Translations under genes and position numbers: made by a program
Notes under the pieces: model-generated
The model's input: the letters and a program-made list of their open reading frames with translations, nothing else
Told to the model about the DNA's origin: nothing
Database searches by the model: none
Shown here: in pieces, positions 20,645 to 30,703 of the stretch
Layout of the letters: every line of letters starts with the position of its first letter
Numbering within the stretch: position 1 is the stretch's first letter
Assembly: GCA_964648295.1 (NCBI GenBank)
Contig: CAZYNH010000004.1
Location: 613-64,612, forward strand
Source of the DNA: an uncultured Bacteroidia bacterium
GTDB lineage: Bacteria > UBA4055
Direction: 5' to 3'
DNA length: 64,000 bases

Positions 20645-23221
20645 TTATTTCCCTCCCCCGTTTTGTACCGGCAAAGTGAAGTAGAAAGACGCGCCCTTGC
20701 CCTCTCCGTCCGACTCAGCCCATGTTCTTCCGCCGTGCCTTGAAATTATTCTTCTTACATTCGCAAGTCCTATGCCTGTTCCCGGAAATTCTTTTTCGAG
20801 ATGCAGCCTCTGGAAAATCCCGAACAGTTTGTGCTTGAATTCAGGATTGAATCCGACCCCGTTGTCTGTTATGGAAAATATATATTCTCCGTTCTTCTCA
20901 TCGCAGCTGACGGATATCTCTGCCGGAGCTTTTCCTTTTGTATATTTGCAGGCATTATCTATCAGATTTTTCCATACGATCGTAATCAGGTTCCTGTCAG
21001 CATTTACTGCCGGCATATCGCCAGTGCGTATTTCAACATTACGGTTATCTTTACAGTCTTTATAAGAATCGAGCACTGATCTGAGCACTTCACCCATATT
21101 GAACTTAGATATAAATATCTCCTGCCTGCCCGTTCTTGAAAGCATCAGCAGGTCGTCTATCAGTCTTTCCATCCTGTGAGCGCTTGAAGTTATCCTTGAA
21201 AATGTTTCTTTCGACCTTTCGTTCAATACTTCCGGATTTTCTTTCAAAAAGAAGTCCGTGAACCCGATAATATGCCTTACTGGAGCTCTTAAATCATGTG
21301 AGATCGAATAACTGAAAGATTCAAGTTCTTTATTTGCATGCTCAAGCTGGGATGTTCTTTCCGCGACTTTTATTTCAAGTTCCGCATTGAATTCTCTCAG
21401 CTTTTCCTCAATTCTCTTTCTTTCAGTTATATCGTAGAAGACACCGTAAGTGCCTATAACATTCCCTTTTTCGTCCAGTTCGGGGCTCGCGGCGACCTGT
21501 ATAGTCTTTTTAGTGCCTTTCGCTGTTATTATATCGAGTTCATACCTTGTTGATTGACCTTTCTGCCTGTTTGATGTTTCAGCGAGTATTTTTTCTTTTG
21601 TCTCACCTGAAATAAAATCCAATAGCGACCTGTTTGTAAGACCGCCTCTTTCAACCTCGAATATCCTTTCAGCGCTTTCGTTAGTAAAAATAAAATTCTC
21701 GTTTTTATCTACTATCCCAATTCCGTCGTTAATATTATGAATAAGCCTGGAATACTTTTCTTCATTATCCTTCAGCTCCTTTTCGATCCTTTTACGTTCG
21801 GTAATATCCCTGAAAATGGACTGATAGCTTCCGTCTGTCATCATCTTGGTTTTCATTTCAATATTAACAATCGCATTGCCCGGCTTTAAAATGTCTCTTT
21901 CCGTAACTACCGTTCTGCCTTCATTCAACAGATCGAACCTCAGGGGATTTTTTTCAATGCTTTCTTTAGTGAAAGGTACCGCTGTTACATATTTGCCGAT
22001 CAGCTCTTCTTTTTTCATTCCTATCAGCGAGCATGCCATCTCATTGACTTCGGTTATATAGCCGTCGTGGGTACCGAGAAGTATCCCGTCAGCTCCGAAT
22101 TCGATCAGGTTCCTGAACCTTTCTTCCGATATTGCCAGCTCTTCTTTGTGCTTAAGCTCTTCAAGTGCTTCTTTAGCCTTCTCTTTCCGGTATTTGTAGT
22201 AAAGAATTACCGAACCCGTAAGGAAAAGAGCGGCAAGTAAAGAAAGCGCAAACTTTGCTCTTTTATGCTCCCCGGCAAGATGGTCTTCGTACAAAAATCC
22301 CTCTATTTCGAAATCCTGATCTATCATGCCCACTCTGATAAAAGTCTGGGCTATATGATCCCATCGCCCCCTGCTCATGTTGCCCAGATCTAACAGCTCA
22401 GGCATTATAAGTTTTTTCATCTGCCTGTACTCATACATCAGATGCTCATATTTCAGGCCCGGTTTATATTTCAATATTATTTTGATCGTCTCTTCAGGAT
22501 GATCCATTGCATAGCGCCACCCTTTGAGAGAAGCGTCACGAAAGGCTTTGACCTTTTCCGGATCTTTTTTTATCAACTTTTCGGATGTAAAGAGGCAGTC
22601 CCCGTAAAAATCTACGCCATAAGTAACGGGTCTGATGTAGCCGAATGTGTTTTCAGTCTGCCCGGGAAGGTATGTCATGTCGGTAATGTATCCTGTTGAG
22701 GCGTCAGCCTTACCTTCAAGAACATCCTGGTAATTTCCGTTGAACTCGATGATCTCTACTTTATCTATAAGCCCTTCGTTGAGAAGCATGGACCTGATTT
22801 CTACATTCTTTAAGCCCATCATTATTTTCTTTCCTGTAAGCTGAGAAAGATATTCGATGCCGCTTTCTTTGTTGACGATCAGTGCTACAGGAGAATGCTG
22901 GAAGACCGCAGCGAGCACTGTTACCGGAAGCCCTTTTGATCTGTCAACAAGGATCGAGGGCGTCTGAACACCGTAGGAAGCCCTGCCTGAAACCACTTCA
23001 TCCGCGACATCCGTGTAAGGCCCCCCCTCTATTATCTCAACATCAAAACCGGCCTTTTCATAAAACCCCAGCTCTTTAGCTGCGTAATAACCCGCAAACT
23101 GGTACTGATGATACCAGCGCAGCCGGAGTTTTATTTTATCTTTCTCATCCGTACCGGCATTCAAAGCTGACTGCATTAGAAAGATCAGCAAAAAGAAAAT
23201 AATTACATTTTTTTTCTTCAA
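20645..23221 (-). CDS. Sensor histidine kinase with periplasmic NMT1/SsuA-like binding domain, TM helix, PAS domains, HisKA, HATPase_c
   Basis: Signal peptide; periplasmic domain (LRLRWYHQYQFAGYYAAKELGFYEKAGFDVEI); TM helix; PAS; HisKA (YSISHDLRAPVRHI); HATPase (ITDNGVGF, GTGIGLANVRRI). Confidence 0.8.
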   Translation of the reverse strand: MKKKNVIIFFLLIFLMQSALNAGTDEKDKIKLRLRWYHQYQFAGYYAAKELGFYEKAGFDVEIIEGGPYTDVADEVVSGRASYGVQTPSILVDRSKGLPVTVLAAVFQHSPVALIVNKESGIEYLSQLTGKKIMMGLKNVEIRSMLLNEGLIDKVEIIEFNGNYQDVLEGKADASTGYITDMTYLPGQTENTFGYIRPVTYGVDFYGDCLFTSEKLIKKDPEKVKAFRDASLKGWRYAMDHPEETIKIILKYKPGLKYEHLMYEYRQMKKLIMPELLDLGNMSRGRWDHIAQTFIRVGMIDQDFEIEGFLYEDHLAGEHKRAKFALSLLAALFLTGSVILYYKYRKEKAKEALEELKHKEELAISEERFRNLIEFGADGILLGTHDGYITEVNEMACSLIGMKKEELIGKYVTAVPFTKESIEKNPLRFDLLNEGRTVVTERDILKPGNAIVNIEMKTKMMTDGSYQSIFRDITERKRIEKELKDNEEKYSRLIHNINDGIGIVDKNENFIFTNESAERIFEVERGGLTNRSLLDFISGETKEKILAETSNRQKGQSTRYELDIITAKGTKKTIQVAASPELDEKGNVIGTYGVFYDITERKRIEEKLREFNAELEIKVAERTSQLEHANKELESFSYSISHDLRAPVRHIIGFTDFFLKENPEVLNERSKETFSRITSSAHRMERLIDDLLMLSRTGRQEIFISKFNMGEVLRSVLDSYKDCKDNRNVEIRTGDMPAVNADRNLITIVWKNLIDNACKYTKGKAPAEISVSCDEKNGEYIFSITDNGVGFNPEFKHKLFGIFQRLHLEKEFPGTGIGLANVRRIISRHGGRTWAESDGEGKGASFYFTLPVQNGGGK

Positions 23222-23231
23222 CGATACTCCT

Positions 23232-25088
23232 TTAATTTTTCGGCAGACTGAAATAGAAGCACGCGCCTTTTCCCTCTCCTTCGGATTCGCCTCTTACACT
23301 TCCGCCGTGCCTCGACACTATTCTTTTAACAGTAGCAAGGCCTATCCCGGTTCCGGGAAAATCCTTCTCGGAATGCAGCCTCTGGAAAACCCCGAACAGC
23401 TTCTGAGAGAACTGCGGATCGAAACCCGCTCCGTTATCTTTAACGAAATACTCGTACCCGTTGCCAATATCGTTACAGCCTATGCTTATTATGGCATTTT
23501 TGTTCTGCGAAGTATATTTGAAAGCGTTCCCGATCAGATTTTCCCAAACAAGCCTGAACAGCGCGGGATCGCATTCTACAGGCGGAAGTGCTGATATTTT
23601 CCATTCTATTTTCCTGTGAGGCTCTGCAGAAGTGATCTCTCTGATGATAAACTCCGCTAACGGTTTCATATTCGTCCGCTTGGATGAAAGTTCCACCCTG
23701 CCTGTTCTGGAAAATTTTAACAGATCATCAATGAGCCTTTCCATTTTATCGGCTGAATATCGGATCTTTTCGATAGCCGATGCCTGTTCTGGAAGGATGC
23801 TTTTACCTAAAGACTTCGATAAAATGTCCGAAAATCCGGATATGTGCCTTACGGGCGCTCTCAGATCGTGCGAGACAGAGTAGCTGAAAGATTCGAGCTC
23901 TTTATTCAGATATTCCAGCTGGAGTGTTCTCTGGATCACTTTATCCTCGAGAGATTCGTTTATCCGTTTAATCTCTTTTTCGGCTTCCATCCGGAAGGTA
24001 ACATCCCTGACTATGGCCTGAAGATAAGTTTTGCCTTTCAGGACCACCCTGTTCAGAGAGACCTCCGCGTCAAAATCGGCGCCTGTCTTTTTCCTGTGCT
24101 TCCAGTAAAACCTTTGCGGCCTTCCTGCCAGAGCCTCGTTTATGTGCTCAAGTGCGGACATCACCGTGTTTCTTCCGTCAGGCTGGACATGCGGCGAAAA
24201 TTCCATCGGCTTGTGGTTGACCATCTCGTTCCTGTCCGCGCACTCGAACATTCTGACCGCCTGATCATTGCACTCGATAAATGTATCGCCGTCCATAAGG
24301 TAGATCGCGTCGTTCGATTCCTCAAAGAGCGTTCTGTATTTTTCCTCGTTCTCCTCAAGTTCCCGTTCTATCCTTTTTCTTTCGGTAATGTCGCGGTAAA
24401 TAGACTGATATGATCCGTCCTCCATCATTTTGGTCTTCATCTCGATGATTATCTCGGACCCGTCCCGCCTTCGTATGGCTCTTTCACTTATGACGGTCTT
24501 ACCTCCCTTTAAAAGATCGAACCTAAACGGCGATTTTTCGATGCTTTCTTTTGTGAAAGGCATTTTGCTTATGTGAAGGCTTAAGATCTCTCTTTTGCTC
24601 ATTCCGAAAAGTTCGCAGGCGGCCTGATTCGCCTCAGTTATGTAGCCTTCGTGAGAACCCAGCAGTATCCCGTCCGCGGCGAATTCAATTGTTCTTCTGA
24701 ATTTTTCCTCTGAGTCTTTCATACCCTTAAAATAAATGTCCTTTTCGGAAATATCCTCCGCCGTGACAATCATTCCGCAGTATTTCCCGTTATCCAGAAG
24801 AGGCGTCATCCAGCCTCTGTGAACGAATTCTTTTCCGGCGGAGTCTTTCAGCCTTACCTCGTACTCGCCCGGGAACAGGTTCCTCTTAACTTTTCCGTAA
24901 CACTCAAGAAATTCCTTATTGCCGGGTCTGTCCATGTCTTTGAATACTTCAAGACCTGTAAATCGCTCGGACGAAACTCCCGCTATGACTGCCATAGCCT
25001 TGTTTATATAAACCACTCTGTCATCAGGATCGGTCACCCATACACCTGACGGAAGTTCGTCGAGGGTCTTTTTCAGCAAGTCATTCAT
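23232..25088 (-). CDS. Cytoplasmic multi-PAS sensor histidine kinase
   Basis: No TM helix; about three PAS regions, the middle one close to a PAS of the preceding gene; HisKA (YSVSHDLRAPVRHI); HATPase (VKDNGAGF, GTGIGLATVKRI). Confidence 0.85.
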   Translation of the reverse strand: MNDLLKKTLDELPSGVWVTDPDDRVVYINKAMAVIAGVSSERFTGLEVFKDMDRPGNKEFLECYGKVKRNLFPGEYEVRLKDSAGKEFVHRGWMTPLLDNGKYCGMIVTAEDISEKDIYFKGMKDSEEKFRRTIEFAADGILLGSHEGYITEANQAACELFGMSKREILSLHISKMPFTKESIEKSPFRFDLLKGGKTVISERAIRRRDGSEIIIEMKTKMMEDGSYQSIYRDITERKRIERELEENEEKYRTLFEESNDAIYLMDGDTFIECNDQAVRMFECADRNEMVNHKPMEFSPHVQPDGRNTVMSALEHINEALAGRPQRFYWKHRKKTGADFDAEVSLNRVVLKGKTYLQAIVRDVTFRMEAEKEIKRINESLEDKVIQRTLQLEYLNKELESFSYSVSHDLRAPVRHISGFSDILSKSLGKSILPEQASAIEKIRYSADKMERLIDDLLKFSRTGRVELSSKRTNMKPLAEFIIREITSAEPHRKIEWKISALPPVECDPALFRLVWENLIGNAFKYTSQNKNAIISIGCNDIGNGYEYFVKDNGAGFDPQFSQKLFGVFQRLHSEKDFPGTGIGLATVKRIVSRHGGSVRGESEGEGKGACFYFSLPKN

Positions 25089-25092
25089 TTAA

Positions 25093-27495
25093 TTATTCTC
25101 CGGTTTTCGGCAGTGTGAAATAGAAGCAGGCTCCTTTCCCTTCGCCTTCAGACTCTCCTCTTACAGCTCCTCCGTGCCTTTCGACAATGCGCCTTACATT
25201 TGCCAGACCGATCCCGGTTCCCTCGTATTCTGATTTGCCGTGAAGCCTGTAGAACACTCCGAAAAGTTTATCTGAGTAATTCATATCGAACCCCGCGCCG
25301 TTGTCTCTGACAAAAAATTCAAAACAGTCCCCCTTATCTTTACATCCAATCATTATTTCCGGATTTGGAGTTTTTGAACTATATTTTAAAGCATTTTCTA
25401 TCAGGTTAAGCCAAACAGTCCTGATAAGGTTCTCGTCGCAAAAAACAACCGCAGGCAGATCATTATACTCGATCGAAGCTTTTGAGTATTTTTCTTCACA
25501 TAGAAGTTTTTCTTTTAAATCTTTCAGAATATCCTGAATATTCACAGCTTTCCTGTTAAGGTCAGCGCGACCTGTTTTTGAATACTCAAGCAGATCGTCT
25601 ATCAAAGCTCCCATATCAAGAGCGCTTGAAGAAATCTTATTCAGATATTCAAGAGCTTCTTTGCCGCAGTTTGAACATATCTGCTCCATTGAGCGGGCGA
25701 AGCCGTTTATGTGGCGAAGGGGCGCTCTTAAATCGTGCGATACGCTGTACGCGAACGACTCCAGTTCCCTGTTCGACAACTCAAGTTCTTTAGTGCGTTC
25801 GACAACCTTTCTAGAAAGCTTTTCGTTCAGGATTTTGATCTCCTCCTGAGCCGCTTTGATATCTGAAACATCATAGAACATCACTGCCATTCTGTTTTTT
25901 TCTATGCCGAAAGCGACGATGTTAAAGCAGCCTTTGATACCCTTATGGTCATAAGGAAAGCTGTCAGTAGTCCAGTTAACCCCTTCCGCAGCGACTTTTT
26001 TATACATCTCCGGGATATCGGTGACGGCAAGCATCGGGAACGCCTCTTCTATTGTTTTTCCCAAGAACCTGCCGTGATCGGTCCCGATTATTCTGTCGGC
26101 CGCAGGATTGTAACCGGAAAAGACAAGACTGCCGGCACTTGTAAGTTCGTAGACATAAATTCCAAACGGGGCTGATTCGACTATCTTTCTGAAAGAACTT
26201 TCGCTGGCTATTCTTTTTTCTTCAGCATTGTATTTCTCGGTAACATCGGAAAAGACCATGATCACCCCGTGAATGTTCCCGCTTTGGTCTCTGATCGGAG
26301 CGGCGGAATCCGCTATCTGGAATTCCCTGCCGTCTCTGGCGATTAAAACCGTGTGGTTCGCAAGCCCGACGGTTTTTCCTTTTGCGATCACCAGTTCTGC
26401 GGGATTTATTACCTCCTGTCTCGTATCGGCATTCACTATCCTGAAGATTTCACTGAGGGGTTTTCCCATAGCTTCTTCAAGCTTCCATCCGGTAAGTTCC
26501 AGTGATGTTTTGTTCATGTTGACGATATTGCCGGATATGTCGGTGCTGATCACTCCGTCGCCGATGGATTCGAGCGTGATCCTCAGGTTCTCTTCGCTTT
26601 TGATCAGCGAAAGGGTCTTTTTCTTTATCTCCCGTTTAAGTATCAGCATAAAAAACGCAAGCACAATTAACGCTGAGATGATTATTAGCATCAACGATCT
26701 TAGCCATACCGGAAAAATATTTTTCTGAAAGGAGCTTTTATTGAATAAAGCGTCAAGCGCGGAATAATAAACGGATTTTTTGTCGGATTTTAACTCCGAA
26801 AGCCTGCGGTCCAGTCTTTCGATTATTTTATCGGCGTCGGGATTATTTTTCCTAAGAGCGTATTGCATTCTGGCCGGCTGAAGGATAACAGGTGTAGATT
26901 CAATTGAATAATATTTTTCATTATCGCTGCCGAAATCCTTGTCAACGAGTCCGGCGTCGATTGAACCCAGCTCGAGGTAACTGAAAATGTCTTTATAACT
27001 TTCGAGTTCAGCTACGGTGGCGTTTATCTGGAAATCCCTGAGCAGCCTTTTCAGCCCGTCGGGACCTTCAAGATCAAAACTGTTCCTGAGCCCGCCTATC
27101 CTCATATTCTCAAGATCGAGAATGCTCTGAATTACGGCGTTTTTGTTCCTGTATAATTTCGTCCAGCTGAGATATACCGTTTCGTTATTGAATGAATACT
27201 TCTGTTTCCTCGCGGGAGTCACGCCTGTATCTGTCATTATGTCAATATCACCGTTCTCGAGCCTGCGCAAGCATTCATCCCATGTCCCGTAAACCCATTT
27301 AAGATCCCAGTTCTCCTTTTCCGCTATCGCGACGGTTATCTCATACCAGAAACCGGCGAGTTTCCCGTTCTCGTCCATATAAATCTTTGGCGGGTTGTCG
27401 TAAGCACCCGCGCGGATAGTCTCCGCAGATGATACTGACAATGAGAATATTAAGAACAAAAATAAGAAATCCCTGAGAACTTTAGCTTTCATCAT
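25093..27495 (-). CDS. Sensor histidine kinase with periplasmic solute-binding (SBP family 3-like) domain, TM helix, PAS, HisKA, HATPase_c
   Basis: Signal peptide; periplasmic domain (ETIRAGAYDNPPKIYMDENGKLAGFWYEI); TM helix; PAS; HisKA (YSVSHDLRAPLRHI); HATPase (VRDNGAGF, GTGIGLANVRRI). Confidence 0.85.
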   Translation of the reverse strand: MMKAKVLRDFLFLFLIFSLSVSSAETIRAGAYDNPPKIYMDENGKLAGFWYEITVAIAEKENWDLKWVYGTWDECLRRLENGDIDIMTDTGVTPARKQKYSFNNETVYLSWTKLYRNKNAVIQSILDLENMRIGGLRNSFDLEGPDGLKRLLRDFQINATVAELESYKDIFSYLELGSIDAGLVDKDFGSDNEKYYSIESTPVILQPARMQYALRKNNPDADKIIERLDRRLSELKSDKKSVYYSALDALFNKSSFQKNIFPVWLRSLMLIIISALIVLAFFMLILKREIKKKTLSLIKSEENLRITLESIGDGVISTDISGNIVNMNKTSLELTGWKLEEAMGKPLSEIFRIVNADTRQEVINPAELVIAKGKTVGLANHTVLIARDGREFQIADSAAPIRDQSGNIHGVIMVFSDVTEKYNAEEKRIASESSFRKIVESAPFGIYVYELTSAGSLVFSGYNPAADRIIGTDHGRFLGKTIEEAFPMLAVTDIPEMYKKVAAEGVNWTTDSFPYDHKGIKGCFNIVAFGIEKNRMAVMFYDVSDIKAAQEEIKILNEKLSRKVVERTKELELSNRELESFAYSVSHDLRAPLRHINGFARSMEQICSNCGKEALEYLNKISSSALDMGALIDDLLEYSKTGRADLNRKAVNIQDILKDLKEKLLCEEKYSKASIEYNDLPAVVFCDENLIRTVWLNLIENALKYSSKTPNPEIMIGCKDKGDCFEFFVRDNGAGFDMNYSDKLFGVFYRLHGKSEYEGTGIGLANVRRIVERHGGAVRGESEGEGKGACFYFTLPKTGE

Positions 27496-27632
27496 GCCTC
27501 CGGATTATGTATCATAATGACAATATAATCTTTGTTCTCTCAAATTCAAGCAAAATAATTATTGTTTTTTTATAATCGCATAAGTCATAATAATTGTATA
27601 TATTACAGATCAAAATAAATCGGAACAGGATA

Positions 27633-30600
27633 ATGAGCAGATCCCTTTCTATTTTCATACTCTTCACTTTAACCTTTCTATTCCCGTTCGGCAAAAATAA
27701 AGTTCAGTACCACGATTTTGACTGGAATTTCATAGAAACGGATCATTTCAGGATATATTTCTACCGGGGCGGCGAACACCTTGCGGAATTCACCGCCGAA
27801 GCCGCTGAAATGTCGCTTGAATTCTTAAGAAGGGATATGATGTTCGTTCCGAGGTCAAAAGTGCATGTGATCGTATATAACTCCCACAACCATTTTGAGG
27901 AAACGAATGTGATGGGCGGCATCCCGGAGGAATCGGTCGGCGGTTTCACGGAATTCTTCAAGAACAGGGTCGTGGTGCCGTATGAAGGCAACTGGGAAGG
28001 GTTCAGGCATGTGATACATCATGAACTCACGCACGCGATCATGAACCAGATGCTGTTCCAGGGCAATTACCAGTCCATCGTGGCCGGATTAAGCAAGATG
28101 AACATGCCGCTTTGGTTCATTGAAGGAATAGCCGAATACGAAAGCCGGGGAGGGTGGGACAGCGAATCCGACCAGACAGTAAGGGACGCGGTATATCACA
28201 ATTACATCGGCAATGTCTACTATCTCAACAATTACATGGCATACAAAGGCGGCCAGTCCCTTTTCAAATACATTGCTGACACTTACGGAAGCAAGAAGAT
28301 CGGAGAGGTACTAAGATCTATAAACATGATAAGGTCGGTCGAGGACGCGTTCTTAGACGCCATAGGCACGAATTTTACCGATCTCTCACAGAACTGGGAT
28401 AAATGGCTTAAAACGAAGTATTGGGACAGCCTGATAAAGACTGATGAGCCTAAAGCGGTCGCGACGATGCTTTCTGACCATGAGAAATACGGAAATTCGA
28501 TAAACAACTCCCCCGTCATCAGCCCTGACGGGAAAAAGATAGTTTTTTTGAGCAACAAATCAGATTATTTTGATATATATCTGATGCGTACTTTCGACGG
28601 AGAGATAATAAGGAAGATAGTTTCAGGCCAGTCGTCAGGGGATTTTGAGGAATTCCACTGGCTGAGACCCGGTTTCGCATGGTCGCCGGACAGCCGGTAC
28701 ATAGCGTTCTTCACCAAAAGTTCAGAGCAGGACGCTCTGTTCATTTATGAAGCCGAGACCGGTAAAAGGGTCAAAAGGTTAAAATTCGGTTTAGACGGCC
28801 TGTATTATCCCGAGTGGTCCCGCGACGGAAAGCACCTGTGTTTTACCGGAATAAAGGACGGTTTCTCCGATATCTATCTTTACACCTTAGACAGCGGCGA
28901 GCTCAAAAAACTGACCGACGACATTTATTCGGACAATGAGCCGAAATTCTCCCCTGACGGGAAAAAGATCGCTTTTTCTTCAGACAGAAAGAGAGATCTG
29001 ACCATTGATAAAAAGGAGCTCTCGAATATCCTTAACAGAAATCTGAATGTAAAAGACATTTTTATTCTCGATATTGAATCGGACACCATACATCCCGTCA
29101 CAGAGCCCGACGGGTTCAGAAAATTCTCTCCTTTCTGGATAGACGACAACAGGCTCGGATTTATATCTGACGGGTCAGGTATTTCGAATCTGTACTATAA
29201 GGATATCGAAGCGGATGAAACAACCGGGCTGACCAATTTTATGACAGGCTGCTCTCAGGCATCATATAACGACAATAAGATAGCTTTTACTGCGGTCTTC
29301 AAAGCCGGTTACGATATTTTCATGATCGAGGACGCCGAGAAACTGATAAAAGAAAAAAAAGAGCCCTTATATGTGAGATGGTATGAGGAAACGGACTTCT
29401 CAAAGAAGCCTGCCGAAAAAGATTCGACTTTTGACTACACAAAGACCGATCTGAGAAAATTCAGATTCTCAAAGAACATGCTCGGTAAAGTCTCTGAGGA
29501 AATACTCTCCGACGACCAGAGGTCGCGGCTGAGAACGCCTAAGCCATACGAGATTAAGTTCACGCCTGACATCATAACTGTCAACGCAGGATACGCGACC
29601 GGGTACGGGGTCGTGGGTTCCGCCTACCTTCAGTTCTCGGATTACCTTTCCGACCACAGCTTTATAATAATGACAGATTTAAATCAGGATCTCCTTAACT
29701 CAAATCTAGGATTTTATTATTATTACCTCAAAAAAAGGATAAATCTCGGAATGGGCCTCAGCCATGATGTTGTCTATTATTACATCTGGAACGAAGACGA
29801 CCTTACCGCGAACGACTGGTACAGGGACAGGCTTCTGGGATTTCATCTCATGGCTCAATATCCTTTCAGCAGGTATTCCAGGATAGACTCATATCTGAAT
29901 GTCAAAAGCGTGGTCAATGAGGTTTACAGCATCCCTGCAGAAGACTATATTCACGGAAGCACGAATACGATCTTCACATTCGGGGGCGGATATTCGTACG
30001 ACAATGTGATCTGGGGCTATTACGGGCCCGAGAACGGAACAAGGGTCAGGCTCGAAGCGCTTTACGGGTCGGAAACGGACGATATTTCCTTAAAAGATCC
30101 CTCGACAGCATATTTTTCGACTTTCGGGCTCGATTACAGAAAATACTTCAGGATAAAAGGCGATTATCAGCTGGCATTCAGGTTATCGGGCGCACTAAGC
30201 GAGGGAAGCACTCCCCAGAAATTCTATCTTGGAGGATTATCCAACTGGCTGAATTACAGATTTAATACCGATCACGATTTTGAGACTGTGATAGACAAAT
30301 ACTATTCTTCATACGAATATCCTCTGAGAGGGTTCAGGCTTCTGGAGAAATCCGGGAACAGATACGCTCTTTTTAACACCGAGTTCAGATATCCCTTTAT
30401 AAAGTATTTAGCACTCGGATTCCCTCTTCCGGTGGTATTGGGAAACATAAGCGGGGTTCTTTTTTCAGATGTCGGCAGCGCGTGGAACAATTCGGATTTC
30501 AGGGGAACGGTAAAATATGACGGCGAGAACCGGAGGCTGAACGACATTCTTTTCTCTTCAGGCATAGGTTCAAGGATGAATGTCGGGTATTTCATACTCC

Positions 30601-30683
30601 GTTATGATGTCTCATGGACATGGGATTTCGGATCGTCAAGCTCAAAACCTATGCACATATTCAGCCTGGGGGCAAATTACTAA
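27633..30683 (+). CDS. Putative outer-membrane protein: HExxH metallopeptidase-like domain, PD40 beta-propeller repeats, Omp85/surface-antigen-like beta-barrel
   Basis: Start refined to the ATG at 27633 (MSRSLSIFILF, signal peptide; AGGA RBS). HExxH (HELTHAIMNQ); PD40-type repeats (SPDGKKIVFLS, SPDSRYIAFF, SPDGKKIAFSS); C-terminal FYLGGxxxLRGF-like motif and aromatic-rich tail. Confidence 0.6.
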   Translation: MSRSLSIFILFTLTFLFPFGKNKVQYHDFDWNFIETDHFRIYFYRGGEHLAEFTAEAAEMSLEFLRRDMMFVPRSKVHVIVYNSHNHFEETNVMGGIPEESVGGFTEFFKNRVVVPYEGNWEGFRHVIHHELTHAIMNQMLFQGNYQSIVAGLSKMNMPLWFIEGIAEYESRGGWDSESDQTVRDAVYHNYIGNVYYLNNYMAYKGGQSLFKYIADTYGSKKIGEVLRSINMIRSVEDAFLDAIGTNFTDLSQNWDKWLKTKYWDSLIKTDEPKAVATMLSDHEKYGNSINNSPVISPDGKKIVFLSNKSDYFDIYLMRTFDGEIIRKIVSGQSSGDFEEFHWLRPGFAWSPDSRYIAFFTKSSEQDALFIYEAETGKRVKRLKFGLDGLYYPEWSRDGKHLCFTGIKDGFSDIYLYTLDSGELKKLTDDIYSDNEPKFSPDGKKIAFSSDRKRDLTIDKKELSNILNRNLNVKDIFILDIESDTIHPVTEPDGFRKFSPFWIDDNRLGFISDGSGISNLYYKDIEADETTGLTNFMTGCSQASYNDNKIAFTAVFKAGYDIFMIEDAEKLIKEKKEPLYVRWYEETDFSKKPAEKDSTFDYTKTDLRKFRFSKNMLGKVSEEILSDDQRSRLRTPKPYEIKFTPDIITVNAGYATGYGVVGSAYLQFSDYLSDHSFIIMTDLNQDLLNSNLGFYYYYLKKRINLGMGLSHDVVYYYIWNEDDLTANDWYRDRLLGFHLMAQYPFSRYSRIDSYLNVKSVVNEVYSIPAEDYIHGSTNTIFTFGGGYSYDNVIWGYYGPENGTRVRLEALYGSETDDISLKDPSTAYFSTFGLDYRKYFRIKGDYQLAFRLSGALSEGSTPQKFYLGGLSNWLNYRFNTDHDFETVIDKYYSSYEYPLRGFRLLEKSGNRYALFNTEFRYPFIKYLALGFPLPVVLGNISGVLFSDVGSAWNNSDFRGTVKYDGENRRLNDILFSSGIGSRMNVGYFILRYDVSWTWDFGSSSSKPMHIFSLGANY

Positions 30684-30703
30684 TTTAATTAACCGGAGAG
30701 ATC

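Noticed and set aside
23844-24413. 189-aa plus-strand ORF inside the cytoplasmic PAS kinase gene
   Set aside because: Antisense shadow ORF of a strongly supported kinase gene; no recognisable motifs.
27512-27694. 60-aa minus-strand ORF in the divergent promoter region
   Set aside because: Lies in the AT-rich spacer and overlaps the start of the plus-strand outer-membrane protein gene; low-complexity translation.
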